A stretch of 64,000 nucleotides of DNA, taken from assembly GCA_963833985.1 (NCBI GenBank), contig CAWIAD010000001.1:1984001-2048000 (forward strand). The letters run 5' to 3'. Position numbers and translations under genes: made by a program. The stretch comes from an uncultured Planctomycetaceae bacterium (GTDB taxonomy: Bacteria > Planctomycetota > Planctomycetia > Isosphaerales > Isosphaeraceae). Below the pieces are notes generated by a model that was given only the letters and a program-made list of their open reading frames with translations, did not search any database and was not told the origin of the DNA. Positions 1-10,577 of this stretch are shown one piece after another (the first letter of the stretch is position 1; the number at the start of each line of letters is the position of its first letter).

Positions 1-227
1 TCAACTTGTTCGCGGCCAACCGGCACTGGATGACCCGCGTTCTGCGCGGCTGCCCCGAAGAAGACTTCCGCCGCGCCGGCGTGCACTCGGTGCGTGGCCG
101 GATGACCCTGGCTGAGCTGCTGAGCGGATACGCGGGCCATCTCGACCACCACCTGAGGTTCCTGTACGGCAAGCGCGCCAACCTGGGCACGGCCGTGCAA
201 CCGCGGTATAGCTATCCCATTTGTTGA
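1..227 (+). CDS. DinB/YfiT-like metal-binding protein, C-terminal part (truncated by window start)
   Basis: Translation ...RAGVHSVRGRMTLAELLSGYAGHLDHHLRF has the DinB-type C-terminal HxxHH helix. Confidence 0.7.
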   Translation, partial: NLFAANRHWMTRVLRGCPEEDFRRAGVHSVRGRMTLAELLSGYAGHLDHHLRFLYGKRANLGTAVQPRYSYPIC

Positions 228-243
228 ACAGGACCCTGCCACG

Positions 244-639
244 GTGACGCGCCTCTTTGCCGGAACTCCCTGGGACCGCCCGCCCACCTGCGAGCGCTGC
301 GGCAAGCCGGAAGCCGAGTGCGACTGCCCGCCGCCGGTCCCCGCGGCGAAGCTCCTGCCTCCGGAAAGTCAGACCGCGCGGCTGAGCCTGGAGAAGCGTC
401 CCAGGGGGAAGGTGGTGACCGTCATCGCGGCACTTGACCCCGCGGGGAACGATCTGCCGGCCCTTGCGGCCCGGCTCAAGTCTCAGTGCGGTACAGGGGG
501 CACGCTCAAGGACGGGCGGATCGAGCTCCAGGGAGACCATCTGCAAGCAGCGGACTCAGCGCTTCAGACGCTCGGGTACAGGACCCGGCGCAGCCTGAGG
601 CTTCGCGCCCGGAACCAGCGAGGAACCGAGAAACGATGA
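244..639 (+). CDS. yciH: Translation initiation factor SUI1/YciH family protein
   Basis: LEKRPRGKVVTVI...LKSQCGTGGTLKDGRIELQGDH motif; N-terminal CxxC...CxC; stop overlaps the cstA start (ATGA). Confidence 0.85.
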   Translation: MTRLFAGTPWDRPPTCERCGKPEAECDCPPPVPAAKLLPPESQTARLSLEKRPRGKVVTVIAALDPAGNDLPALAARLKSQCGTGGTLKDGRIELQGDHLQAADSALQTLGYRTRRSLRLRARNQRGTEKR

Positions 640-2819
640 AGTTGCCTGCCATGCCGTTGATGCTCGGGGTGCTGGCGGTCCTGGCGATCGCCTACCGTTA
701 TTACAGTGCCTTCCTGGCGGCGCGGGTGGCCGTGCTGGATGATACCCGGGAGACCCCGGCGCACCGCTTCCGCGACGGCCAGAACTTCGACCCCACGAAC
801 CGCTGGGTCCTCTTCGGCCATCACTTCGCGGCCATCTCCGGGGCCGGTCCGCTCATCGGTCCGGTGCTGGCCATCCAGTTCGGTTATGTTCCGGGGCTGA
901 TCTGGCTGGTCGTCGGCGTTTGCCTTGCCGGCGCGGTGCAGGACATGATGGTCCTGGCGCTCTCGACCCGCAACGGCGGCCAGAGCCTGGCCAGCCTGGC
1001 GCGGACGGAGATCGGCCGGCCCGCCGGCATCGCCGCCACGGTGGCCATCCTCTACATCATCATCATCGCCCTCGCCGGGCTGGGGATCGTGGTGGTCAAG
1101 GCCCTGGGCGGAGAGGAGGTGCCCCTCAAGGCGGGCACGGTGCTGACCTATCCGCCCCGCGCGGACATCTCCATCCACATGAAGCGGGGCGGTCCCCGCA
1201 TCTATGACATTCCGGCGGAGTCCTCCTACCGGTTCGGCGACACTCCGGAACAGTCGATGGTCGTGCACGAGCCCTTCAAGCTGGCGCTTCCCGCGTCTTC
1301 TAGCATGAAGCTGGACGCTCAGGGCAAGGGGTTCATCCTGCCGGAGAACGCCAGGCGTCTGGTGCCGGGCAGCTCCTGGGGAACCTTCACCATCGCCTGC
1401 ACCATTCCCATCGCGCTCTTCGTCGGCTGGTACATGTACCGCTTGCGCAAGGGAAAAGTGATCGAGGCGTCGATCATCGGCGGCGTGGCCGTGGTGGGGG
1501 CCACGGTGGCAGGCGCCCTGGTGCCCGGCTCGCCCCTGGAGCCGTACTGCTCGCTCTCGCGCGACGGTACGGTCCTCGCCCTGGCGGCCTATGGCTTCAT
1601 CGCGGCCGTGCTGCCGGTGTGGCTGCTGCTCTGCCCGCGTGATTACCTTTCCAGCTTCCTGAAGATCGGCACGATCTTCCTGCTGGTGGCCGGTGTGATC
1701 GTGGCGAACCCGAGACTGGAGGCGCCCACGGTCAGCCCGTTCTTTGCCTGGGGAGGAGGGCCCTATTTCGACGGGCCAATTTTCCCCTACGTTTTCATAT
1801 GCATCATGTGCGGGGCAATTTCCGGCTTCCACTCGCTTGTCTCCTCTGGCACCACGCCCAAGATGGTGAGCAGGGAGAGCGACATCCGGATGATCGGCTA
1901 CGGCGCCATGTTGATGGAGGGCCTGGTGGGAGTGGTGGCGCTCATCGCCGCAGCGGCGCTGCCCAGCTCGATGTACTACGACATCAATATCGACCTGGGC
2001 AAGCGGCCCGCCTTCATGGCGCGCCATCCGGACTTCGCCCGGTTCTTGAAGGCGTCCGAGTTCGACCCCCACGGAGCCCTGGAGCCGGGGCAGGCCGGCA
2101 AGCCAGCGGCCGGCAGCGAGCTGGTGGTGATGGAGCAGGACGTGGGCGAATCTCTGCACGGCCGGACCGGCGGAGCGGTGACGCTGGCGGTGGGCATGGC
2201 CCGCATTTTTTCGAACGCGATCCCGGGTGCGCGCTGGCTCATTGCCTACTGGTACCATTTCGCCATCATGTTCGAGGCGCTGTTCATCCTGACGACGATC
2301 GACGCCGGCACGCGGATCGCGCGGTTCCTGGTGCAGGAGTTCCTGGGCCGGCTGTGGCGGCCGCTGGGCAATCTGGACTGGCTGCCGGCCGCGATGCTCG
2401 CCACCGGGCTGGTCGTGCTGGGCTGGGGCTACTTCATCTGGGCCGGTTCGGTGGAGACCATCTGGCCGATGTTCGGCATGGCCAATCAGCTTCTGGCCGT
2501 GATCGCGCTGGCGGTAGTGACCACGGGGCTGGTGAACGCCGGGCGCCGGCGGTATGCGGCCGTCACCCTGCTGCCGATGCTCTTCGTGGCAACGACGACG
2601 ACGACGACCGGCTATTACGAGATCACGGGCAAGTTCTGGAACATGGTCCAGGCCGGCCAGGCCCTGCGCGGCTGGCTGAACATCGGGCTGACGATCATGC
2701 TGCTGGTCTGCGCCGCGGTCATTCTGGGCACGGCGGCGGTGCGATGGGTCGCCGGGCCGGGGGCGTCGTCCAGGCCTGCCGAGGGAAAGCCGGGCCTGGT
2801 GACCGAAGGCGCTTCATGA
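636..2819 (+). CDS. cstA: Carbon starvation protein A (peptide/pyruvate transporter)
   Basis: LFGHHFAAISGAGPLIGP, CGAISGFHSLVSSGTTPK, RTGGAVTLAVGMA and IWPMFGMANQLLA motifs; many TM segments; ATG at 636. Confidence 0.92.
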   Translation: MKLPAMPLMLGVLAVLAIAYRYYSAFLAARVAVLDDTRETPAHRFRDGQNFDPTNRWVLFGHHFAAISGAGPLIGPVLAIQFGYVPGLIWLVVGVCLAGAVQDMMVLALSTRNGGQSLASLARTEIGRPAGIAATVAILYIIIIALAGLGIVVVKALGGEEVPLKAGTVLTYPPRADISIHMKRGGPRIYDIPAESSYRFGDTPEQSMVVHEPFKLALPASSSMKLDAQGKGFILPENARRLVPGSSWGTFTIACTIPIALFVGWYMYRLRKGKVIEASIIGGVAVVGATVAGALVPGSPLEPYCSLSRDGTVLALAAYGFIAAVLPVWLLLCPRDYLSSFLKIGTIFLLVAGVIVANPRLEAPTVSPFFAWGGGPYFDGPIFPYVFICIMCGAISGFHSLVSSGTTPKMVSRESDIRMIGYGAMLMEGLVGVVALIAAAALPSSMYYDINIDLGKRPAFMARHPDFARFLKASEFDPHGALEPGQAGKPAAGSELVVMEQDVGESLHGRTGGAVTLAVGMARIFSNAIPGARWLIAYWYHFAIMFEALFILTTIDAGTRIARFLVQEFLGRLWRPLGNLDWLPAAMLATGLVVLGWGYFIWAGSVETIWPMFGMANQLLAVIALAVVTTGLVNAGRRRYAAVTLLPMLFVATTTTTTGYYEITGKFWNMVQAGQALRGWLNIGLTIMLLVCAAVILGTAAVRWVAGPGASSRPAEGKPGLVTEGAS

Positions 2820-4703
2820 GCCAGCGCGGGCAAGCCCCGCCGGCCTGCTCGGCTGGCCGTCGAAGGGGTGGACCACCGGGGCGACCAGGGTGGCGTCATG
2901 CACGAGGATGCCGCGCGGGCCGACGAGGAATGACCCCGCCCGGGCCACTTCCAGGTTGTAGACAAGCTGCCTGCGAGCGCGCGAGACCGAGGCCACCTTC
3001 ACGGTGCCGCCCAGCACCCGCAGGCGGTCGCCGGGGCTCAGCTCCCTGGCCATCTTCCAGCCCGCGCCGGCCAGCCAGAAGCGATGGATGTCCGTGGCGC
3101 TGACGGCCTCGCCGGTTTCCAGCTCCAGGCGCAGCACGTCGGCCGGCGGGTTGTGCAGCGTGGCCAGGACCGGTTCAAAGACGAGGTTGCCCGTGGTCGC
3201 GTCCTGCGCAAGCACCTGGTCGCCGATCTTCAGGTCCTCGATCGGGCGCAGGCCGGACCGGGTGTGCACCAGCGTGCCGGCGACGAAGCAGGAGTGGGGG
3301 CCGACCTGCTGGGTCTGGCTGACGTACATCACCGGCGGTGGCGGCGAAGCATAGGGTGCCGAGACTTCCTCCAGGACGACGGGCTTCGGCACGGGCTGGG
3401 AAGACGACACGTGGTAACCAAGCTCTTGGGTCCACCACCGCGTCCACACCTGCTGGTCCGGCCCGAAGGCCTTGCCGGTGAGCTCCTTCAGTGCGTACAG
3501 GACACGGCTATTGGTCACCTTGATGGGAAGGTTGGACTCCTCGATCTGCCGCAGGTCGGCGGCCACGCGCTGGCTCAGCGCGGCCCCGGCACTCTGGGAG
3601 TCCTCGCTACCACTCGAGGGCTGTGCGACGGCGCGCACCTCCTCGTTGAAGAGCGCGTAATGGCCGTTCGACTGCAAGCGCGACACCTGGCCGGAGCGGA
3701 CCAACTGGCCATTTCCGCTGCCGGTTCCCTGCGACGCCGAGCGGGCGGCCGGCACGGCGACGGCGTGGTAATGCCGTTCGATGACCGCCCGGGGATCTTC
3801 AATCTGCACCACGGCCTCGCCACTGGACTGCCCACGCGCGATCACCTGGTATTGCGTGGTTGCCTTGATGCCGTTGATCAGGAGCCCCACGTAGGTGCGC
3901 GGATCGAGCCGGCGCAGGAGGCGGATCGCGGCGTCGCGCGTGCCGGCATCCAGACCGGTCACAGCCAGACGGGCCAGGGCCTGGGCGGACTGGGGTGCGT
4001 CGATCCGCCCCAGCACGTAGACCGCCCAGCGCTGCGACTGGGGCTCACCATCGAACACCAGCGTGACGGGAGCGACGGCCTCCGGCTCATGAATCGCAGA
4101 GAGTTCGCGGATCGCGTCATCGCGGCGGGCCGGATTGACTAGCCAGTTTTTCCAGCGGATGAGCCGTGGCAGCCAGTGCCGATCGGCCTGGCCCTGGCGT
4201 TCCAGGTCGGCCGCCAGGCTGACGATCTCCTCCGGGCTCATCCAGCGGCCGTGATAGAAGCGGCAGCCCAGCCGCCTCCAGGCCGCGGAGTTCTGCGGGT
4301 CTAGCCGGGTCACCTGCGTCAGGTGCGCGATGGACTCCGCCTTCAGGCCATGCGCCTGGCACCAGAGGGCCAGGTCCCAGTGCGCCGGGGCCGTGTCGGG
4401 GATGGACTCTCGGCGTTGCTCGTACTCCGCGCGGAGGGCCGCCTCGTCGCTGTCGGAAAGCACGCGCTGCGACGCGTCCTGCTCCCGCACCCAGCGATCG
4501 CCAAGCTTCACCTGGCCGAGCAGCCCCCGGGCCGTGCTGTTCTCCGGCTCCGCCTCGACGGCAAGCTCCAGCAGGTGTTGCCGTTGGGCGTCCTGTCCGC
4601 GCTCTTCGCAAGCGATGGCCTGCTGGATGAGGTTGCTCGCGTTGGCCTCGGGCGGGGATGACGCCAAACCGAGGCAGACGGCCAGAGCGAAGAAAGCGGG
4701 CAT
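2814..4703 (-). CDS. Secreted HEAT-repeat-like protein with C-terminal Hint (PT-HINT/BIL-type) domain
   Basis: Signal peptide, helical repeats, then SCFVAGTLVHT...IEDLKIGDQV...TDIHRFW...VYNLEV...FLVGPRGILVHD. Confidence 0.8.
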   Translation of the reverse strand: MPAFFALAVCLGLASSPPEANASNLIQQAIACEERGQDAQRQHLLELAVEAEPENSTARGLLGQVKLGDRWVREQDASQRVLSDSDEAALRAEYEQRRESIPDTAPAHWDLALWCQAHGLKAESIAHLTQVTRLDPQNSAAWRRLGCRFYHGRWMSPEEIVSLAADLERQGQADRHWLPRLIRWKNWLVNPARRDDAIRELSAIHEPEAVAPVTLVFDGEPQSQRWAVYVLGRIDAPQSAQALARLAVTGLDAGTRDAAIRLLRRLDPRTYVGLLINGIKATTQYQVIARGQSSGEAVVQIEDPRAVIERHYHAVAVPAARSASQGTGSGNGQLVRSGQVSRLQSNGHYALFNEEVRAVAQPSSGSEDSQSAGAALSQRVAADLRQIEESNLPIKVTNSRVLYALKELTGKAFGPDQQVWTRWWTQELGYHVSSSQPVPKPVVLEEVSAPYASPPPPVMYVSQTQQVGPHSCFVAGTLVHTRSGLRPIEDLKIGDQVLAQDATTGNLVFEPVLATLHNPPADVLRLELETGEAVSATDIHRFWLAGAGWKMARELSPGDRLRVLGGTVKVASVSRARRQLVYNLEVARAGSFLVGPRGILVHDATLVAPVVHPFDGQPSRPAGLARAGS

Positions 4704-4787
4704 GTGCGACCCTCCCAGGAAACCACCAGGAACGTCACCAGTAAGCTCATTCTAGGCGACGGTGCGGCCAGGCCTCAAGCGAGGCAT

Positions 4788-4899
4788 CTTCTAAATAGAT
4801 CCTCGCCTCTTGGAATGTGGGCCAGCCGCCCTCGGCTGGCTCAGGACGGCCGAGGGCGGCCGTTCCACACTTTCCCTCTTACGGGTAGCGATTTAGAAG
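4788..4899. repeat. REP-like doublet (4817-4868) inside a short inverted-repeat shell
   Basis: GTGGGCCAGCCGCCCTCGGCTG ... CGGCCGAGGGCGGCCGTTCCAC inverted pair; flanking CTTCTAAAT (4788-4796) / ATTTAGAAG (4891-4899). Confidence 0.6.
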
Positions 4900-4957
4900 T
4901 CCCGCGTGATCGGCGGAAGTCGGCCTGGCGGCAAGCCCGTCCATACCAGGGCTATGC

Positions 4958-6556
4958 TCACTTTTCGGCACCCGACCCGACGGGCGCAGCCGACAGGTGC
5001 CCGGCCGGAAATCGTGTCCCCAGAACGCTGTGGTGCATCCCGTAGAAGAGATAGATGAGCAGTCCGATGGCCATCCAGACAACAAGCCGGATCCAGGTCT
5101 CACCGGGAAGTGTCGCCATCAGCAGAACCGAGGAGAGTACTCCCATGGGCGCGGTGAAGTAGACAAGAGGGGTCCTGAAGGGCCGCTCCACTTCGGGTTG
5201 AGTGAGCCGCAGGTAGAGGACGCCAGCAGACACGACCGCGAAGGCGAACAGAGTGCCGATGGACGTCAACTCGCCTGCGACGTGAATCGGAATGGTGCCC
5301 GCCGCCGTCATGACGATCAGTCCGGTGATGATCGTGGTGATCCATGGCGTGCGAAACCGCGGGTGGATCTTCGAGACCGTCTTGGGCAGCAATCCGTCCT
5401 TGGCCATGGCGAAGAAGATGCGCGGCTGGCTCAAAAGCATGACCAGGATCACCGACGTCAGCCCGGCGATGGCCCCAATCTTGACGATCGTGGAAAACCA
5501 CTTCAGTCCCATCGCGTCGATGGCGATGCCCACGGGGTCGGGCACGCTCAGAAGCTTGTAGCTGACCACGCCCGTCATGACGATGGCGCCCAGGATGTAG
5601 AGAATCGTACAGATGATCAGTGAGCCGATGATCCCGATGGGCATGTCACGCTGCGGGTTCTTGGCTTCCTGGGCGGTGGTGGAGACGGCGTCAAAGCCGA
5701 TGTACGCGAAGAAGACGACACCCGCTCCCCGGAAGACTCCGCTCCACCCGTAATGGCCGAACACGCCGGTATTGTCGGGGATGAACTTGCCTCCCCAATT
5801 GTCGGTCGTGAAGAAGCGAAAGCCCAGCGCGATGAACAGGATGACGATCACCACCTTGATGACCACGATCACGTTATTCACCCGCGCCGATTCCTGGATG
5901 CCGATGACCAGAAGCGTTGTGACCAGTGCGACGATGATCATGGCCGGAACGTTGATCACCGCGGTGTCAATCGGGAAAGCGGAATAGTCGATGCCGCTAT
6001 CGTGAAGCAACTTGGAGAGGGCATCAGTGAGCGCGGTCCAGCCGTGGCGCATGTGCAACTGGTCGGCCACCGCATCGGGAAGCTCGATCATGCGCGTGCC
6101 GTACGACGAGACGAATCGAGCGGGAAGGTCGATGCCGTAATCGTGCAGGAGGCTGACGACATATCCCGACCAGCCGATCGCGACGCCGGTCGCTCCCACC
6201 ATGTATTCCAGGATCAGGTCCCAGCCGATGAGCCAGGCGACGAATTCACCCATCGTGGCGTAGGCGTAAGTATAAGCCGATCCGGCGATGGGAACCGTCG
6301 AGGCCATCTCGGCGTAGCAGAGGCCGGCGAAGGCACAGGCGATTCCGCCCAGGGCAAAGGAGATGGCCACGGCCGGCCCGGCGTTATTGGCGGCCGCGGT
6401 GCCGGTGTAGACGAAGAAGCCGGCACCGATGATCGCGCCGATGCCCAGCATGACCAGGTTGGTGGCGGTGAGCGTACGTTTCAGACCGTGCTCATGGCTC
6501 TCGGCCGCTTCGGCCTTGAGCGCGGAAATGGACTTGCGAACCCACAGGTTGGCCAT
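4958..6556 (-). CDS. Amino acid permease (APC family, cationic amino acid transporter-like)
   Basis: GAIIGAGFFV, GSAYTYAY, FFAYIGFDAVSTTAQEAKNPQRD motifs; multiple TM helices. Confidence 0.92.
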   Translation of the reverse strand: MANLWVRKSISALKAEAAESHEHGLKRTLTATNLVMLGIGAIIGAGFFVYTGTAAANNAGPAVAISFALGGIACAFAGLCYAEMASTVPIAGSAYTYAYATMGEFVAWLIGWDLILEYMVGATGVAIGWSGYVVSLLHDYGIDLPARFVSSYGTRMIELPDAVADQLHMRHGWTALTDALSKLLHDSGIDYSAFPIDTAVINVPAMIIVALVTTLLVIGIQESARVNNVIVVIKVVIVILFIALGFRFFTTDNWGGKFIPDNTGVFGHYGWSGVFRGAGVVFFAYIGFDAVSTTAQEAKNPQRDMPIGIIGSLIICTILYILGAIVMTGVVSYKLLSVPDPVGIAIDAMGLKWFSTIVKIGAIAGLTSVILVMLLSQPRIFFAMAKDGLLPKTVSKIHPRFRTPWITTIITGLIVMTAAGTIPIHVAGELTSIGTLFAFAVVSAGVLYLRLTQPEVERPFRTPLVYFTAPMGVLSSVLLMATLPGETWIRLVVWMAIGLLIYLFYGMHHSVLGTRFPAGHLSAAPVGSGAEK

Positions 6557-6722
6557 CGTTGCGTATCTCTCGTCGGGTCAGGAAGTGAGGGATTCCGAAG
6601 CGCCGCGGTTCCTGGCTGTGGGCTTGCATCGAGTCGCTCGTGCGGACTCTTGCCCGGACCAGCCGTCACGCGCGGGGAGGGGCGGACGGCTGGAACGGAG
6701 GACTATACCACAAGATCGGTCC

Positions 6723-7350
6723 TCAAGGTAACTCCTGAACCTCGATCTTGCGGATCTCCACCCGGCTCCCCGGATCGTGCTGCTGGAAGGCGAAATGGCC
6801 CTCCTTCCAGGCGTTGCTGTGATCCAGATACTCGTACAGCAGCTTGCCGTTGATGGATATTTTGATGTGCGGGATCGTGCTGCCGCGAAACTCGCGGGTG
6901 ATGCACTCGATCTCATAGGTGAACCAGGTGTCCGGGGGCACGAGCTGATCGTAGAGGTGCACGAAGGTGTAGAGCGAGCCGGTGCGGATCGGGTCGCGGT
7001 GGGTGCTGTCCACCTGGGCCTCGTAGCCCTCGCCGAAGCTGCCGTTCGGCGTCGGGCAGCGGAAGTAGACGCCGGAGTTGCCGTGGTCGTTGATCCTCAG
7101 CTCGGTGCGAAACTTGAAGTTCTTGTAGGTCTTGGGGCTGTAGAGCATGGACGAGTTGCCGGTGCCGACGATGGCGCCGTCCTTCACGTCCCAGCTACTG
7201 TTTTCGCTGCCGGCCTTGGTCCAGCCGGAGAGCGTGCTGCCGTCGAAGAGCGAGACCCACTGGGCCTCCTCGGCGCTTCGAGCAGGTCGTGGACAGGGCC
7301 GTGAGGGCCAGTGCCACAAGACATCCGCAGGTGGTTGGAAAGCGTTTCAT
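6723..7350 (-). CDS. DUF1080 (3-keto-disaccharide hydrolase-like) secreted protein; one frameshift after the signal peptide
   Basis: WVSLFDGSTLSGW, NSGVYFR, GYEAQV, GHFAFQQHDPGSRVEIRKI. ATG at 7350 follows an AAGGA RBS and encodes a signal peptide out of frame with the domain (span 628 nt). Confidence 0.8.
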
Positions 7351-7892
7351 GAAGTGGGATCTTCCTTTCATGGAGAGCGGCTCGTGCCGCGGGGCGGGCC
7401 TGGTACAGAACGCGCCTGGGTGCCGCCCGCTGTGCTCGACGGCCCGGGAAGTCCCCGGCCGTGACCCGCGGAAGGCTCCGGAGCGCCTACGTGATTGCCT
7501 GAACGGCAGCCATGTGTAGCGAGTCTAAGCCATTGGCAGGGGGCGGGCCAGAGCCTACTCAAGTGAGCATGGCGTGGGGCCGAAGCCATGAAAATCACCG
7601 AGTTCGCCGCGGGCGGTTTCGCTGGTCCACAATCCGCGCCTGCCCGCTTCGGCCGTGGAGAGACCAACGGTCCTGGTCTGGGGCCTGTTCATGGCGGAAG
7701 TGCACGTGCATCGCGAGGTCCGCCGGGTTTCCCGAATCCGATGACCTCGCGGCCCACGAGCGGCCGTCTCGCGGTGTGCACCCGGTGCGCCTCTGGCATC
7801 GGCCCTGATGCGGCATTACCATGAGACACGGTCAAACCCGCGACCCTGCTCGTATCGAGCGCGGCTTTCCTGCTCATCCACAGGTGCCAACC

Positions 7893-8630
7893 ATGAGAAA
7901 TTGCAAGATCATCACGCGGCGAGTTCTGTTGATTGGACTGGGGCTCTCGGGCTGCCTCGCGCCCGTGCCGAGGCTGCTCGCACAGGCGCCGGACAGCGTC
8001 ACTCCCGCACCGCGCGAGGGGTGGTGGATGAAGATGCACGAGCAGTTTCTCGAGCAGGCCAAGAAGGGGAACATCGACCTGCTGTTCCTGGGCGACTCGA
8101 TCACCCAGGGATGGAACAACAACGACGTCTGGAGGCGCTATTACGGGCCGCGGCACGCGGCGAACTTCGGAATTGGCGGCGACCAGACGCAGCACGTCCT
8201 CTGGAGGCTCGAGCACGGAGAGGTCGACGGCATTCACCCCAAGGTCGCGGTCCTCATGATCGGCACGAACAACTCGGGGCACAACTCGGCCGACGAGATC
8301 GCCGCGGGCGTCACGGCCATTGTCAAGGACCTGCGCAAGCGGCTGCCCGAGACGAAGATCCTTCTGCTGGGCGTCTTTCCGCGCGGCGCCAAACCTGACG
8401 AGACGCGCGAGAAGCTGGACCAGGTGAACCGCCAGATCGCCCACCTGGACGACGGGTCGAACGTCACCTATCTCGATATCGGCAAGGCGTTCCTGAACCC
8501 CGATGGCACGATTTCACGCGAGATCATGCCCGATTACCTGCATCTGACCGCCCGGGGATACCGGCTCTGGGCCGACGCCATGGAGCCGACGCTCTGGCGA
8601 CTGCTCGATGAGCCCCAGGTGAAGCACTGA
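7893..8630 (+). CDS. SGNH/GDSL hydrolase (PAF acetylhydrolase IB-like), secreted
   Basis: FLGDSIT (block I), NFGIGGD, GTNN and DYLH catalytic motifs; signal peptide. Confidence 0.9.
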   Translation: MRNCKIITRRVLLIGLGLSGCLAPVPRLLAQAPDSVTPAPREGWWMKMHEQFLEQAKKGNIDLLFLGDSITQGWNNNDVWRRYYGPRHAANFGIGGDQTQHVLWRLEHGEVDGIHPKVAVLMIGTNNSGHNSADEIAAGVTAIVKDLRKRLPETKILLLGVFPRGAKPDETREKLDQVNRQIAHLDDGSNVTYLDIGKAFLNPDGTISREIMPDYLHLTARGYRLWADAMEPTLWRLLDEPQVKH

Positions 8631-8654
8631 GCCAGGCACGGGCCTGAAGCCGGA

Positions 8655-9443
8655 TCACGTATCGAAGAGGTCCGAGGCCTTCAGCTTCGGCAGATCGCCC
8701 CAGCTCGCGATCTCGTCGGCGAAGGGATGACCGGTACTCTCACGCTGGCTGCCGGACTGCACGCGCAGGGTGGCCGCGGCCAGCCTGAGATCTTCCTGGG
8801 TCGTCAGCTTGAGGTTCAGGGGCGAGCCCGGCACGATCGCGCAGCGGTGGCCGAGCGCCTCGACAAGCTGGGTGTCGTCGGTGACCTCGGCGCCCGCGGC
8901 TCCGCGCCGGGCGTAGGCCTGCTCGAGCCAGTCGCGGCGGAACGCCTGCGGCGTCTGGGCCAGGTAAAGGTTGCGGCGCGCGACCGTCTCGGTGGTGAAG
9001 CGGTCATCGCCGGCACGCTTGATCGTGTCGCTCACGGGCGTGGCCAGGAGCGCGGCACCATGCTCCCGGGCGGCCGCGAACACGGCGCTGACCATGGCCT
9101 CGGTAAGGCAGGGGCGGGCCGCGTCGTGGATGGCCACGAACTGGCAGAGGGGACGCACTCGTTCGAGCGCTCGGGCGATGGTGTCAGATCGTTCCGCCCC
9201 GCCGTCGATGACGTCGAGGTTCAGGAAGGCGGCCTTGTCGCGGTAGCGCCGCTCGAACAGCTCGCGGTCCTCCGGCGCAATCGCGACGATGATCTGCTCG
9301 ACGTCCCCGTGCGTGAGGAAGGGCTCCAGCGCGCGCAGCCAGACCGCCCGGCCTTCCAGCTCGGTGTAGATCTTCTTCTGCTTCGGGTCCCCGAACCGCG
9401 TGGAACGCCCGGCGGCGGCGAGGATCACGGCGAACTGGCCCAT
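8655..9443 (-). CDS. ispD: 2-C-methyl-D-erythritol 4-phosphate cytidylyltransferase
   Basis: ILAAAGRSTRFG, IHDAARP, QTPQAF, TDD, NLKLTTQEDL motifs. Confidence 0.92.
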   Translation of the reverse strand: MGQFAVILAAAGRSTRFGDPKQKKIYTELEGRAVWLRALEPFLTHGDVEQIIVAIAPEDRELFERRYRDKAAFLNLDVIDGGAERSDTIARALERVRPLCQFVAIHDAARPCLTEAMVSAVFAAAREHGAALLATPVSDTIKRAGDDRFTTETVARRNLYLAQTPQAFRRDWLEQAYARRGAAGAEVTDDTQLVEALGHRCAIVPGSPLNLKLTTQEDLRLAAATLRVQSGSQRESTGHPFADEIASWGDLPKLKASDLFDT

Positions 9444-9749
9444 GGATCTGGCTCCTGGAATCGCGGTGACGTGCGGTGCTGGCCGGCATGCTTTGCCGCT
9501 CTCGGATTCGCCCTGATTGTGCGACCCCGTCAGACGCCAGTCAACTTGCCGCCGGATCAGGAGTTCGGGAATTGCACCGGATCGCGGGGCGAGCCGCGGC
9601 TCGGCCGATTCGGAACCGTCCCGCCGACTCCGGCCTTGATCCGGCTGCGGGCAGTGCTTAGTGTCAGTGGATCGAGCGTCCCCGCGAGTCTGCCGCACGA
9701 GGGCACGTCACAGGCGCGGAGACGCAGGAGCCGAGGAGTCGAACGCGCG

Positions 9750-10577
9750 ATGGAGTGTCTAGGTCCCCAATGTGCCTCGATGCTGCTGGATTGGCTGAAG
9801 GCACGCGCGGCCGGGACGGAGCCGGGCAAGGAGGGCCAGGCGCCCGCCGATGCACCGCGCCAGGGATGGCTCTGGCCCCTGGCTTCCTACAATGAAGACT
9901 CGCCCGTGATCACCTCCCTGGCGGAGTTCACCGCGGCGCTCGAGCACCTGCATTACGCGGTCTTCCGCCGGTTCGAGAACCAGCTCACTCGCGCGGAGCG
10001 CAACCGGCTGGACAACACGATCGAGAACGCGCTCTTCAAGATGGAGCGGTTCCTCGATCGTTGCGAACCCGAGCAGCGACCCACGCACAGCGCGGAGGTT
10101 GCCGGCATCCGCCGCTCGCTCACGGAAGGGCGTGAGCGAGTCGAGAAACAGCGGACCCTGGCGCGGCGGGCCGAGCTCAAGCTCGCCCAGCTCACCGCGC
10201 TGGCTCCCGAGACATTCGAGGACTTCGTGGCCGAGCTTTTCGAAGCCCTGGGTTACGAGGTCGAGCAAACCGGCGGCACGGGCGACGAGGGCGCGGACCT
10301 CCGGCTGCACCGGGGTGATCTGCGTGCGGTCGTCCAGTGCAAGTACCACAAGCGGAGCGTCGTGGGTTCGCCGGAGCTCCAGCGGTTCCTCGGCACCATC
10401 CACCACACCCGCAGCCACAAGGGCTTCTTCGTGACCACCAGCACATTTTCGCTGGCGGCCGAGAGGTTCGTCGCCGATCATCCGATCGAGCTCGTGGACG
10501 GAACCAGGCTCGTCGAGCTGGTCCAGGAGGCGCTTGGTCCCGGCGCACGCCGCGAGCGCGAGCCTGCCTGGTTCTGA
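9750..10577 (+). CDS. Mrr-family (Mrr_cat) restriction endonuclease-like protein with N-terminal helical region
   Basis: FEDFVAELFEALGY...TGGTGDEGADL...VVQCK...GFFVTTSTFS...IELVDG; start 9750 (after GAGGAG) or 9780. Confidence 0.85.
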   Translation: MECLGPQCASMLLDWLKARAAGTEPGKEGQAPADAPRQGWLWPLASYNEDSPVITSLAEFTAALEHLHYAVFRRFENQLTRAERNRLDNTIENALFKMERFLDRCEPEQRPTHSAEVAGIRRSLTEGRERVEKQRTLARRAELKLAQLTALAPETFEDFVAELFEALGYEVEQTGGTGDEGADLRLHRGDLRAVVQCKYHKRSVVGSPELQRFLGTIHHTRSHKGFFVTTSTFSLAAERFVADHPIELVDGTRLVELVQEALGPGARREREPAWF

